A stretch of DNA of 64,000 nucleotides, taken from NCBI GenBank assembly GCA_025360565.1, contig JANYBY010000119.1, positions 15,610 to 79,609 of the forward strand. Reading direction: 5' to 3'. The notes beneath the pieces were generated by a model. The model made no database searches and had not been told where the DNA came from. It saw only the letters and a program-made list of their open reading frames with translations. The position numbers and the translations under genes are program-made. The stretch's first letter is position 1. Every line of letters begins with the position of its first letter. Below, piece by piece: positions 56,055 to 64,000 of this stretch. This stretch comes from Bacteroidota bacterium (GTDB lineage: Bacteria > Bacteroidota > Bacteroidia > B-17B0 > Aurantibacillaceae).

Positions 56055-57590
56055 TTATAAGATCTCTCTCGGAAAAATTTTCCTTGCAGCCGACTTTAAC
56101 TGTTTTTTGGTTCCTGCTTCCGCATCAGGGTTATATTGCAAGGTAGTGTGCCAGCTGTTTTCGGATTTAAATTCTTCTTCCATATTTTTTAAAACACCGG
56201 CTGCTATTTTTTGCGAATTAATTACCGTTATACATTCGCAATTTAAATTAGCACTGCGCGGGTCTAAATTAAAGGTACCTATTACCGTAAGGTTTCCGTC
56301 AATTACCATGGTCTTTGCATGCAGGCCAAAAATGGGCGCGTAATTAATTTTTTTGGGGAGCGCACCTGTCATAACTTTAAAACGTACTGCCGCATCGGGC
56401 CTGAATTCAAATATTTCTACACCCGTTTGCAATAAATTATTACGGCGTGTTTGGTAAGCGCTAAAGGCTTCAAAATTATCGGTTGATGCCAAACTGTTTG
56501 TGAGTATGCGTATTTTTACACCGCGTTTAACGGCAGCACTAAATATATTTTCACTTAAGGATGTGGTTATTAAATAAGGCGACTGAATATCAATTGTATG
56601 TTTTGCTTCCTTCACTAATTTTATTAAAGCGCTTGTGCTAACACCGCCCCCGCCAAGGCCGTGACTGCCGTTGTTCTTCCCCGGCACATCGCTTACAAAA
56701 TTTACGCTGTCAGTCCAAACCAAGTCACCACTGTTTTGTATGGCTTTAAAAGCGTTAGGTAAGTTTGTGATCTTGTCGCGAACCTGAGGCCAAAAATTTT
56801 CGGGGTTACAAGCGTATTGATGCAAACGGTTAAAGCGGTTTGAATCTGTAAAATCAGTTTCTTTTTCAGTTGCCAACTTTGTAACGGGCACACTTAAACT
56901 ATCTTCCCAAAATTGTTCAAACGATTTTTTTACATCGGTTGTAACTTTGCCTAATAACAAAACATCGCGGTCTCTGAAATTATAACGGCGATCGTAATCA
57001 AAATATTCATCGGCAATATTTCTGCCACCGGTAATTACAACTTTATCGTCAACCGTAAATGTTTTGTTGTGCATGCGTTGGTTGGCGCCTCTAAAATCAT
57101 TTTTAAATTTTCCTAACTTCTCATAAATATTTTTACCTAGGTTTACACCCGGGTTATAAATTTTTATCTCAATATTTTTGTGTGAATCCATGGTTAAAAT
57201 TTCGTGAATTCCCGCTTCTACCATAATATCATCCACCAATATACGTACCTGCACACCTCTGTCGGCCGCACGAACCAGGTAATCGCAGGCAATAAGCCCC
57301 ACATTATCGGTGCTAAAAATAAAATATTGTACATCAATTGTTTTTTCTGCGTACTCACATAGCCAGGCACGAGCTACCATGGCGTTGCCTCCGTCTTCAA
57401 GTACATACAGCCCGGTTTTATTTTGCATTTGCTCCGCTACAGGTTCCAGTTCTTTGGTAAGACTAACGCTATCGTTGCGATGTATGGTGGCGCAAAAATC
57501 TTTTTTTTGTTCGGGCACTGTAGGGTTGGTTTCGCTGCAAGCAATTAGCAAAAACACCGGAAGCAAAAAAGAATATTTTTTTAAACTCAT
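56055..57590 (-). CDS. Phospholipase D / cardiolipin-synthase-like lipoprotein (two HKD motifs)
   Basis: HNKTFTVD...GGRNI and HAKTMVID...GTFNLD.RS; lipobox LIAC after ATG 57590. Confidence 0.88.
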   Translation of the reverse strand: MSLKKYSFLLPVFLLIACSETNPTVPEQKKDFCATIHRNDSVSLTKELEPVAEQMQNKTGLYVLEDGGNAMVARAWLCEYAEKTIDVQYFIFSTDNVGLIACDYLVRAADRGVQVRILVDDIMVEAGIHEILTMDSHKNIEIKIYNPGVNLGKNIYEKLGKFKNDFRGANQRMHNKTFTVDDKVVITGGRNIADEYFDYDRRYNFRDRDVLLLGKVTTDVKKSFEQFWEDSLSVPVTKLATEKETDFTDSNRFNRLHQYACNPENFWPQVRDKITNLPNAFKAIQNSGDLVWTDSVNFVSDVPGKNNGSHGLGGGGVSTSALIKLVKEAKHTIDIQSPYLITTSLSENIFSAAVKRGVKIRILTNSLASTDNFEAFSAYQTRRNNLLQTGVEIFEFRPDAAVRFKVMTGALPKKINYAPIFGLHAKTMVIDGNLTVIGTFNLDPRSANLNCECITVINSQKIAAGVLKNMEEEFKSENSWHTTLQYNPDAEAGTKKQLKSAARKIFPREIL

Positions 57591-57617
57591 TGAAAAAAAT
57601 ATGACACCCTTCATTTT

Positions 57618-58454
57618 TTAAAATTGCCTTTGCGCAATTATTTTGCAAAGACTTGTTTTGGGTTCGTTAAAATTATAAGTACCGTTGGCAAAATTAAATG
57701 AGTAAGCATTGTCTTGCCCATATTGTGTGCTGGTCCAATATTTATCTGTACTAAAATTACCTTTTTGGTTTTGAGAACAGTATTTATACAAAGCATCAAG
57801 ATCTAATTCAGTTGGCAAATACCAATCGCTGTAACCATTAAGGTTAAGATTGTAACAGTATTTGGCCGCATAAGAGGCATCGGCGCATTGGGTAACAATG
57901 CTTTCGGTATTTCCTAAACCGTAACCCATGTATCCGGCATCGGCATCATTAATTAAAAAGCCGGGGCAGCCCCATTGTAGGATGATTGTACCTGTTAAAA
58001 TGGCTTCAAGGTAAGTGTAATACATGGGGGCGGGATCTTTATAAAAAATAATTCCACCGGCAGGACCGATGTCTCCTACACGGTACTCGTTATTGGTTGA
58101 AAAACTTTGCTGGTTGCCGTAATATAATGTACCGTTGCTTAAAACTGAATAACCACGCACATAATACGTAGTGTTTGGCACAAGGCCTTCAACAGTAACT
58201 TCCATATCACCCTTACCACTTCCGTCTTCAAGGTTAACATCATCAATGGTGGGGGTATCATGCGTACTGTAGCAAAATCCGCGTTTAGTAATTTTTGTAA
58301 AACCCAGTTTACCGGCAAAGCCTGTAAACGTAGCTCTTGTAGCCATAATAGCTGATACCGCTGAAGTCTTCACCTCGTACCGGTTTTTTTTGCAGCTAGT
58401 AAAACTAAAGATGAATAGGAGTGATAAGAAGCATATAAAATATATAGATCTCAT
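57618..58454 (-). CDS. Lipoprotein with Fn3-like and DUF1566-like domains
   Basis: Lipobox FTSC; 'GL.PNTTYYVR.Y......YG...SF.T'; 'GPAGGIIFY'; 'GYSDWYLPT..L' and 'YWTST'. Confidence 0.8.
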   Translation of the reverse strand: MRSIYFICFLSLLFIFSFTSCKKNRYEVKTSAVSAIMATRATFTGFAGKLGFTKITKRGFCYSTHDTPTIDDVNLEDGSGKGDMEVTVEGLVPNTTYYVRGYSVLSNGTLYYGNQQSFSTNNEYRVGDIGPAGGIIFYKDPAPMYYTYLEAILTGTIILQWGCPGFLINDADAGYMGYGLGNTESIVTQCADASYAAKYCYNLNLNGYSDWYLPTELDLDALYKYCSQNQKGNFSTDKYWTSTQYGQDNAYSFNFANGTYNFNEPKTSLCKIIAQRQF

Positions 58455-58522
58455 TTTATTTATTTTAAGTGATTGTGTAAAGATAATTATTTAAGGTTTA
58501 AAAGGAAACAGCCTAATTTTAT

Positions 58523-59470
58523 TTAATAAAACAAATTAGCATTGCTAAACACATTCAAATACAACTCGGGCTTTTTAATTTTTTGGTTAGATTCGTATAA
58601 ATACTGATTTCCATTCTCATCCAACATAGGTATATGGCAATTGTTGCGTTTAAACCATTTTTTTGGTAAAAAAGCTGCATCGTGAATTAATTTGTTTTGT
58701 ACAAAATTTCGTACTTGTTCGGCATCTACCCCAATATTTGCTTGTGCAATTTGCGATAGGCCCATGTTGTATTTAAACTGTGCGCTTAGTAATCCGTGAG
58801 AATAGTTTGTGTACCGGCCGCCTGTTGTATCCATATAACATCCCGCCGGATAATTTTTTGCATCTCTTACAGTTTTGCCCATTGCCCCTGTCCACATGGT
58901 GCAATTAACTGCCGCCTGAAAAACATTTTTATATTGGTACTGAATTAAAAAAGCGCCGGTTCTAAACCTATCTAACAAAGGTTTTGCCAAAATATCATTT
59001 TCAATGATGAACGAAAAAGAATTAAATTGAAGAGCAATGATCCCTGTTTTTTGCGAGGTTTTTATTTTATTGAAATACAAATTGTACGAATATGAAACGG
59101 AATACGGATAGCCTGTTTGGTTTGAAACGGAATTGAAAAAAGAGTTTTCGGTAGTTTGCCAATTACCATAACCTAAAACCAGCCCCTGAGACAAAACAAA
59201 TTCGGCATGCGGTTTTTTTGGCCCGAGGTTTTTTAAATTCACATACACTCTGGCTTCAGTATTAGCTTGAACAAAATTATTGATATAAAAAAAATTGAAG
59301 TTTAAACCAATTCGCTGAAAATGCGAACCAAAAGCGAAATTACCACCAACGTTAAAGCCGATGTGATCTGTATTGTATAGTATATCCTGTGCTTTAAAGC
59401 AATTAAAAAACAAAAGAAAAAGCGGAATATAGTAAAACTTTAATTTCAACACAGTTTTTTTCGTTGGCAT
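58523..59470 (-). CDS. Exported hypothetical protein with ND/DxxR motif (Ntox23-like or LpxR-like)
   Basis: Signal peptide (..KAQ), beta-rich, 'END.......DRFRTG' and a later 'YSHG'. Confidence 0.5.
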   Translation of the reverse strand: MPTKKTVLKLKFYYIPLFLLFFNCFKAQDILYNTDHIGFNVGGNFAFGSHFQRIGLNFNFFYINNFVQANTEARVYVNLKNLGPKKPHAEFVLSQGLVLGYGNWQTTENSFFNSVSNQTGYPYSVSYSYNLYFNKIKTSQKTGIIALQFNSFSFIIENDILAKPLLDRFRTGAFLIQYQYKNVFQAAVNCTMWTGAMGKTVRDAKNYPAGCYMDTTGGRYTNYSHGLLSAQFKYNMGLSQIAQANIGVDAEQVRNFVQNKLIHDAAFLPKKWFKRNNCHIPMLDENGNQYLYESNQKIKKPELYLNVFSNANLFY

Positions 59471-59609
59471 TTGGACTATTAAATTTCTCTCAAAGCCTAA
59501 AGCTTCTGCGAGAAATATTTTTTAGGCCTCGCGTCTCGACCCGACACCTGACCTAGCACCTCTCGGGCTTGACTCCCTATTATCTAGACTCTTGTTGCCT
59601 TTTTAAAAG

Positions 59610-60134
59610 CTAATGGTTATATTCAATTATTAATTGATGTAACTGCAAATGGTTTAAATTTAATCCCTCAACCGTAATATGTGCTTGTTTGTAATACACA
59701 TTGCGCGCCGTCAATTTTTCTTCTACAAAGGTATTCAGATTTTCTGAAGCCACGTTCTTTAACAGAGGCCTTTTTTGTTTGGATTTTTGTAACCGCTCAG
59801 TTAAAGCAGCCGCGGGCATTTCAATATAAACCAGCAAGCCGGTTTTTTTTACAACGTTTATATTGTCGTTGAAGCAGACGGTGCCACCCCCTAAAGAAAT
59901 TACAAGGCTCTCGTTACTTTTTATTAATTCGTTCAAATAAGTTGTTTCCAGTTTGCGGAACTCTTCTTCCCCTTCATTATCAAAAATAAACTGAACGGTT
60001 TTGTTTTCTTTTACCTGTATATAAAGATCCAGGTCAACAAATGGTTTTTTTAAAATACCCGCTAATTTTTTACCGTGAGTAGATTTGCCGCTGCCCATGA
60101 AACCGCATAAAAAAATATGTTGTACTGCCGCCAT
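59610..60134 (-). CDS. aroK: Shikimate kinase
   Basis: GFMGSGKST, 'GEEEFRKLE', 'SLGGG', 'RPLL'. Confidence 0.95.
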   Translation of the reverse strand: MAAVQHIFLCGFMGSGKSTHGKKLAGILKKPFVDLDLYIQVKENKTVQFIFDNEGEEEFRKLETTYLNELIKSNESLVISLGGGTVCFNDNINVVKKTGLLVYIEMPAAALTERLQKSKQKRPLLKNVASENLNTFVEEKLTARNVYYKQAHITVEGLNLNHLQLHQLIIEYNH

Positions 60135-61114
60135 TATTTTTTTAGCGACAAAGCAAATTCCTTTGCAAAGTAAGTTAGTATAACCGAAGCGCCTGCCCGT
60201 TTAATGCTTAACAGGATCTCGTCGCGTACTTTATCTCCATCGATCCATTTTTTTTGTGCGGCGGCTTTTACCATGGCGTATTCGCCGCTTACATTATACG
60301 CCGCAATTGGCAAAGTAAAATTATCGTTCAGTGTTTTTATAACATCTAAATAACTTAAAGCGGGTTTTACCATTAAAAAATCTGCGCCTTCCATAAGATC
60401 CAGCTCGGCTTCTAAAATGGCTTCTTTGCTGTTGGCAGGATCCATCTGGTATGTTTTTTTATCGCCAAATTTTGGCGCACTGTCCAACGCGTCTCTGAAC
60501 GGGCCGTAAAACGCACTGGCGTATTTAGCGGTATAACTCATTATGGAAACATTCGTAAAATTATTATCATCTAACGTTTCGCGTACTACACCCACTCTTC
60601 CATCCATCATATCACTTGGGCCAATTATATCCGCGCCGGCCTCAGCTTGTACCAAAGCCATTTTTGCTAAAATATCTAATGTCTCGTCGTTTAAGATCTC
60701 TCCGTGTTTTACCAAACCATCGTGTCCATCGCTGCTGTATGGATCCATAGCCACATCCGTCATAATAACAGCTTCGGGAAAATATTTTTTAATTTCTTTA
60801 ATGGTGGCAGGATATAATCCTTTTTTGTTTAAACCTTCAGTTGCTTTTTTATCTTTTAATTTATCGCTTAAACTTGGGAACAAACAAAAGGTATTTAATC
60901 CCAACTTTAAACACGACTCAATTTCTTTTAAGATAAGATCGCCGCTCATTCTGTAAATGCCGGGCATAGAGCTAACTTCGGCCTTTTTATTTTTCCCATC
61001 AATTAAAAATAACGGAAAGATAAGATCATCTGTTGTTACATGATTTTCTCTTACCATATTTCTGATGGCTACGTTCTTTCGGTTGCGGCGCGGACGTTGG
61101 GTTATCTTTGTCAT
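60134..61114 (-). CDS. hemB: Porphobilinogen synthase
   Basis: 'RPRRNR', 'GPSDMMDGRV', 'MSYTAKYASAFYGPFRDA', 'MVKP', 'AYNVSGEY'. Confidence 0.97.
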   Translation of the reverse strand: MTKITQRPRRNRKNVAIRNMVRENHVTTDDLIFPLFLIDGKNKKAEVSSMPGIYRMSGDLILKEIESCLKLGLNTFCLFPSLSDKLKDKKATEGLNKKGLYPATIKEIKKYFPEAVIMTDVAMDPYSSDGHDGLVKHGEILNDETLDILAKMALVQAEAGADIIGPSDMMDGRVGVVRETLDDNNFTNVSIMSYTAKYASAFYGPFRDALDSAPKFGDKKTYQMDPANSKEAILEAELDLMEGADFLMVKPALSYLDVIKTLNDNFTLPIAAYNVSGEYAMVKAAAQKKWIDGDKVRDEILLSIKRAGASVILTYFAKEFALSLKK

Positions 61115-61142
61115 AATGCTTTTAATTTTCTTAATAGCCGTA

Positions 61143-62723
61143 CTAACTTATACTTAAAATAGATTGAAACAACCCAAGGTCATCAAAACTAATGGGCTTA
61201 ACCGCCACTTTTACTTTTACTTTGTTTAAAGCGGCTGCGGTTGCATCGCCCATGGCCACTGCCTTTTGGCCGGGAATCCATTTATTTTTTTCGAAATAGG
61301 CCTGTACATTGCTTGGCGAAGTAAAAACAACAATTTGTGTTTCCGGATCTATTTCCTCACTGTGTTTCATGGTAACGTAAACATTTAAATTAATTACGTT
61401 ATCGCGTTTCGGCATTTGCCATTGTATGCTTTGTAAACTATCTTTCGCAATGGGGAATAAAACTTTGGAGCTGCCAACTTTCGCGGCAAATTGTTTACCC
61501 ACTAATTTGGTGTCGGCATTTTGTCCGATAAAATCGGCTCTATGGCCATGAGCTCTCAATTCCGCGCTGGTGGAGGCGCCCACGCAGCCAAACTTCATAC
61601 CTTTGACTTCGGGTTTTTGACTAAAAAAATATTGTACGGCGTGTTTACTGCTAAAAAATACCCATTCGGTTTTTGCAAACTCTTTAAATTTTATCTGGCG
61701 AAATTCAATTAAACTTTTTCCAACTACATCAAAACCTAAACCTTTTAAAGCTCTTGGCAAATAATCGTTTTCGCGAAAGGTTTTTGTAACAAATACTTTT
61801 TGCGGTTTTATGCCTTTTATTTTATCTGTTATTTCATCGGCCAAACCATCGGTAATGGTGGTTTCAAAATATAACTGTTTGGGTTGTTTGTTCCATTCAT
61901 CGGCCACACTTACCCACACTCTAAATTTTAATCTGTCTTCATCATTTAAGTCGGCATCGCAATAAGCGCCTAATGGTAAATGACAGCCGCCATCGAATAA
62001 ATTTAAAATGGTACGCTCAATATTTATTTTTACGAGTACATCAAAATCGCTTATTGTATCAATTATCGACATTAATTTATCATCGTCGTCGCGTGTTTGC
62101 CATGCTAACACACCCTGAGCGGGGGCAGGCACAAATTCTTCAGGGCTTAATTTTTCGGAATACAGATCCTCAACATCCAACTCCAATCTTTCAACACCCG
62201 CCGTTGCAATTACAATGGCATCGTATTCGCCTTTGCGCAATTTTTCAATACGGGTTGGCACATTGCCGCGCAAGTCTTTTAATTCTACATCGGGCCTAAA
62301 GGCAAGCAGCTGTGATTTTCTTCTTGCTGATGAAGTGCCAACAATAGCGTTCTTTTTTAAATTCCATTTTTGTTTATCATCCACATTTTCTTTTCTGATC
62401 AACATCAGGTCACTTGGATCTTCACGTTTTGAAACGCCGGCAATTAATAAGCCGTAAGGGCTCTCGGTTGGCAGATCTTTATGGGAATGCACCGCAAGGT
62501 CAATTTCTTTTTTTAAAAGGGCTTCTTCCAGTTCTTTTGTAAAAAAACCTTTGCCCTCCATTTTATCAAAACTTGTATTTAATTTTTGCGAATCATCCCC
62601 GGCTGTTTTAATGATTTTTATTTCAACCGTATGGCCTTTTTCTTCCAATAAGGTTTTAGTGTGGTTGGCTTGCCACAATGCCAGTTCGCTGCCCCGGGTG
62701 CCTATAATGATCTTTTGACTCAC
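61143..62723 (-). CDS. hemC: Hydroxymethylbilane synthase fused to a uroporphyrinogen-III synthase (HemD-like) domain
   Basis: 'GTRGSELALWQA', 'AVHSHKD.P', 'GTSS.RR', 'LRGNV.TR', 'GGC..P.G'; C-terminal 'FFSSKHAV..F', 'VGAST', 'FTSPSNV', 'AMG..TA'. Confidence 0.92.
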   Translation of the reverse strand: MSQKIIIGTRGSELALWQANHTKTLLEEKGHTVEIKIIKTAGDDSQKLNTSFDKMEGKGFFTKELEEALLKKEIDLAVHSHKDLPTESPYGLLIAGVSKREDPSDLMLIRKENVDDKQKWNLKKNAIVGTSSARRKSQLLAFRPDVELKDLRGNVPTRIEKLRKGEYDAIVIATAGVERLELDVEDLYSEKLSPEEFVPAPAQGVLAWQTRDDDDKLMSIIDTISDFDVLVKINIERTILNLFDGGCHLPLGAYCDADLNDEDRLKFRVWVSVADEWNKQPKQLYFETTITDGLADEITDKIKGIKPQKVFVTKTFRENDYLPRALKGLGFDVVGKSLIEFRQIKFKEFAKTEWVFFSSKHAVQYFFSQKPEVKGMKFGCVGASTSAELRAHGHRADFIGQNADTKLVGKQFAAKVGSSKVLFPIAKDSLQSIQWQMPKRDNVINLNVYVTMKHSEEIDPETQIVVFTSPSNVQAYFEKNKWIPGQKAVAMGDATAAALNKVKVKVAVKPISFDDLGLFQSILSIS

Positions 62724-62749
62724 AGTTTAAAGTTACCTGAAATTAGAGA

Positions 62750-63994
62750 TTAATCTTTTGAATTTAATAAAACTTCTTTAGCCGTTTTAATGGCCACGGC
62801 GTTGTATTTTTTTTCAACGTACGAAAGTATTTTGTCAAGCACTTCTTTGCTTTGGTGATCGAGCGAATTAATTTCTTTTGCAAAAACTTCGTTTAAGGCT
62901 AAGTCTTTTATGGCTCTAACTTGTTTTGGCACTTCGCCAAAAGCCAATTCAATTTTACGTTCGCGGCGTAGCCAATTGAATTGTTCGGTTTTTGCCTGTA
63001 TTATTTGTTCGCACTTAATAATTTCGTTCTTGCGCAATTGTAAATTTATTTCGGCTTGCTCTTTTAAAGAGTTTATATCTATATAATTTATTTTTATATT
63101 TTCGTTCACTACTTCTTCGTGCACATTAGCCGGCAAACCAAGATCGATCACAATTTTTTTTGTTTGATAATTTTTAATTAAATTATCATAAATATTTTTA
63201 TCGATCAAGGGTTTGTTGGATGCAGTACAAATGATAAGCACATCAAATCCTTTATCGTAAGTAGCCAGCTCGTTAAGGTCGTAAGCATCGCCCTTAAGGG
63301 TTTTGGCCAATTTTTGGGCGTTTGCTAATGTGCGGTTAAACACGGTAAAGTTTGCAAATTTATGTTTTTGCAAATAATTTGCCATGGCTGTATTTGTTTC
63401 GCCACTGCCAATAAAAAGGATCCGCGCATCGTTTTTAATGCCTAATTGTTTTAATTTTCGGTAAGCCAAAGAAACAACGGAAACGGGATTTTTTGCAATA
63501 TCTGTTTTGGTATAAACTTCTTTGGCGGTTTCAATGGTTTGCTTTGTGAGCAAGCGCATAAAATCGCCGGTAAGGCCCAACATATTGCAAAAATCGTAAG
63601 CCTTACGCACCTGGGTAATAATTTCTCTTTCGCCAACAACTAATGAATCTAAGGAAGAAGCCACTTTTAAAATATGGTTAACCCCTTCATCGCCATAAAA
63701 AATTTGAGCGTTTTCAGAAAGGGTATTCGCTTCAATATTTGTAAGAAGGGGATTAACGAACAAACAAATTTCTTTTATCAGAACAGGATTGATCTCGGAT
63801 TTGCAACGAATAAATAATTCAACGCGGTTACAGGTGCTTAAAAAAAGTAATTCCTCAAACCCGAAATGTAATTTTAGTGATTTTAAAAGTTTAGTTTGTT
63901 CTTCGGATGCAAGATGAAGTTTACCAACAAGCTCTAACGCTATGTTTTTATGGGTAAATGCTATGACCTTAAATGCTTCCACGCTATACCGCAA
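62750..63994 (-). CDS. hemA: Glutamyl-tRNA reductase
   Basis: 'LSTCNRVE', 'SLDSLVVGEREI..Q', 'IGSGE', 'NRT...A', 'DLGLP.N'. Confidence 0.95.
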   Translation of the reverse strand: MRYSVEAFKVIAFTHKNIALELVGKLHLASEEQTKLLKSLKLHFGFEELLFLSTCNRVELFIRCKSEINPVLIKEICLFVNPLLTNIEANTLSENAQIFYGDEGVNHILKVASSLDSLVVGEREIITQVRKAYDFCNMLGLTGDFMRLLTKQTIETAKEVYTKTDIAKNPVSVVSLAYRKLKQLGIKNDARILFIGSGETNTAMANYLQKHKFANFTVFNRTLANAQKLAKTLKGDAYDLNELATYDKGFDVLIICTASNKPLIDKNIYDNLIKNYQTKKIVIDLGLPANVHEEVVNENIKINYIDINSLKEQAEINLQLRKNEIIKCEQIIQAKTEQFNWLRRERKIELAFGEVPKQVRAIKDLALNEVFAKEINSLDHQSKEVLDKILSYVEKKYNAVAIKTAKEVLLNSKD

Positions 63995-64000
63995 AGATGG

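Noticed and set aside
272-63639. The many 60-145-aa antisense or alternate-frame ORFs in the track (e.g. 272-610, 55335-55772, 60543-60956)
   Set aside because: They lie within well-supported genes and look like shadow ORFs with no motifs.
1-64000. tRNA, rRNA, CRISPR, prophage, integrase, transposase, retron or known defence genes
   Set aside because: None recognised. The intergenic gaps are short and accounted for, though a covariance-model scan is needed to exclude small RNAs.

Overview
AT-rich chromosomal window from a Bacteroidota bacterium. The taxonomy is inferred from eight T9SS C-terminal sorting domains, TAnnTTTG-like -7 promoter boxes and Bacteroidota-type REP-like repeats. About 50 CDS are supported. 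Housekeeping blocks are pepF, ftsE / TPR protein / outer-membrane barrel, feoAB, an M1 peptidase, gpsA, a deoxynucleoside kinase, rsmA, prfB with a programmed +1 frameshift, pepP, cinA and hemA-hemC(D fusion)-hemB-aroK. They surround a region (about 24.9-53.9 kb) rich in secreted repeat and beta-propeller proteins. I found no tRNA, rRNA, CRISPR array, integrase, transposase or reverse transcriptase. Two signals stand out. (1) Three promoters of T9SS cargo genes (47323-47411, 51611-51700, 51780-51868) share one architecture: three direct repeats (consensus CGAATATTTA) at an exact 21-bp period, with a TAATTTT(G/A) -7 box 39-40 bp downstream. They lie next to two tandem TPR sensor kinases and one LytTR regulator, which suggests a self-contained local regulon. 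(2) A GNAT-like gene plus a 57-aa gene missed by the ORF track (candidate toxin-antitoxin pair) sit between two diverged 81-bp copies of the pepF 3' end, which looks like an integration scar. All family calls come from motif recognition by eye, not database searches.
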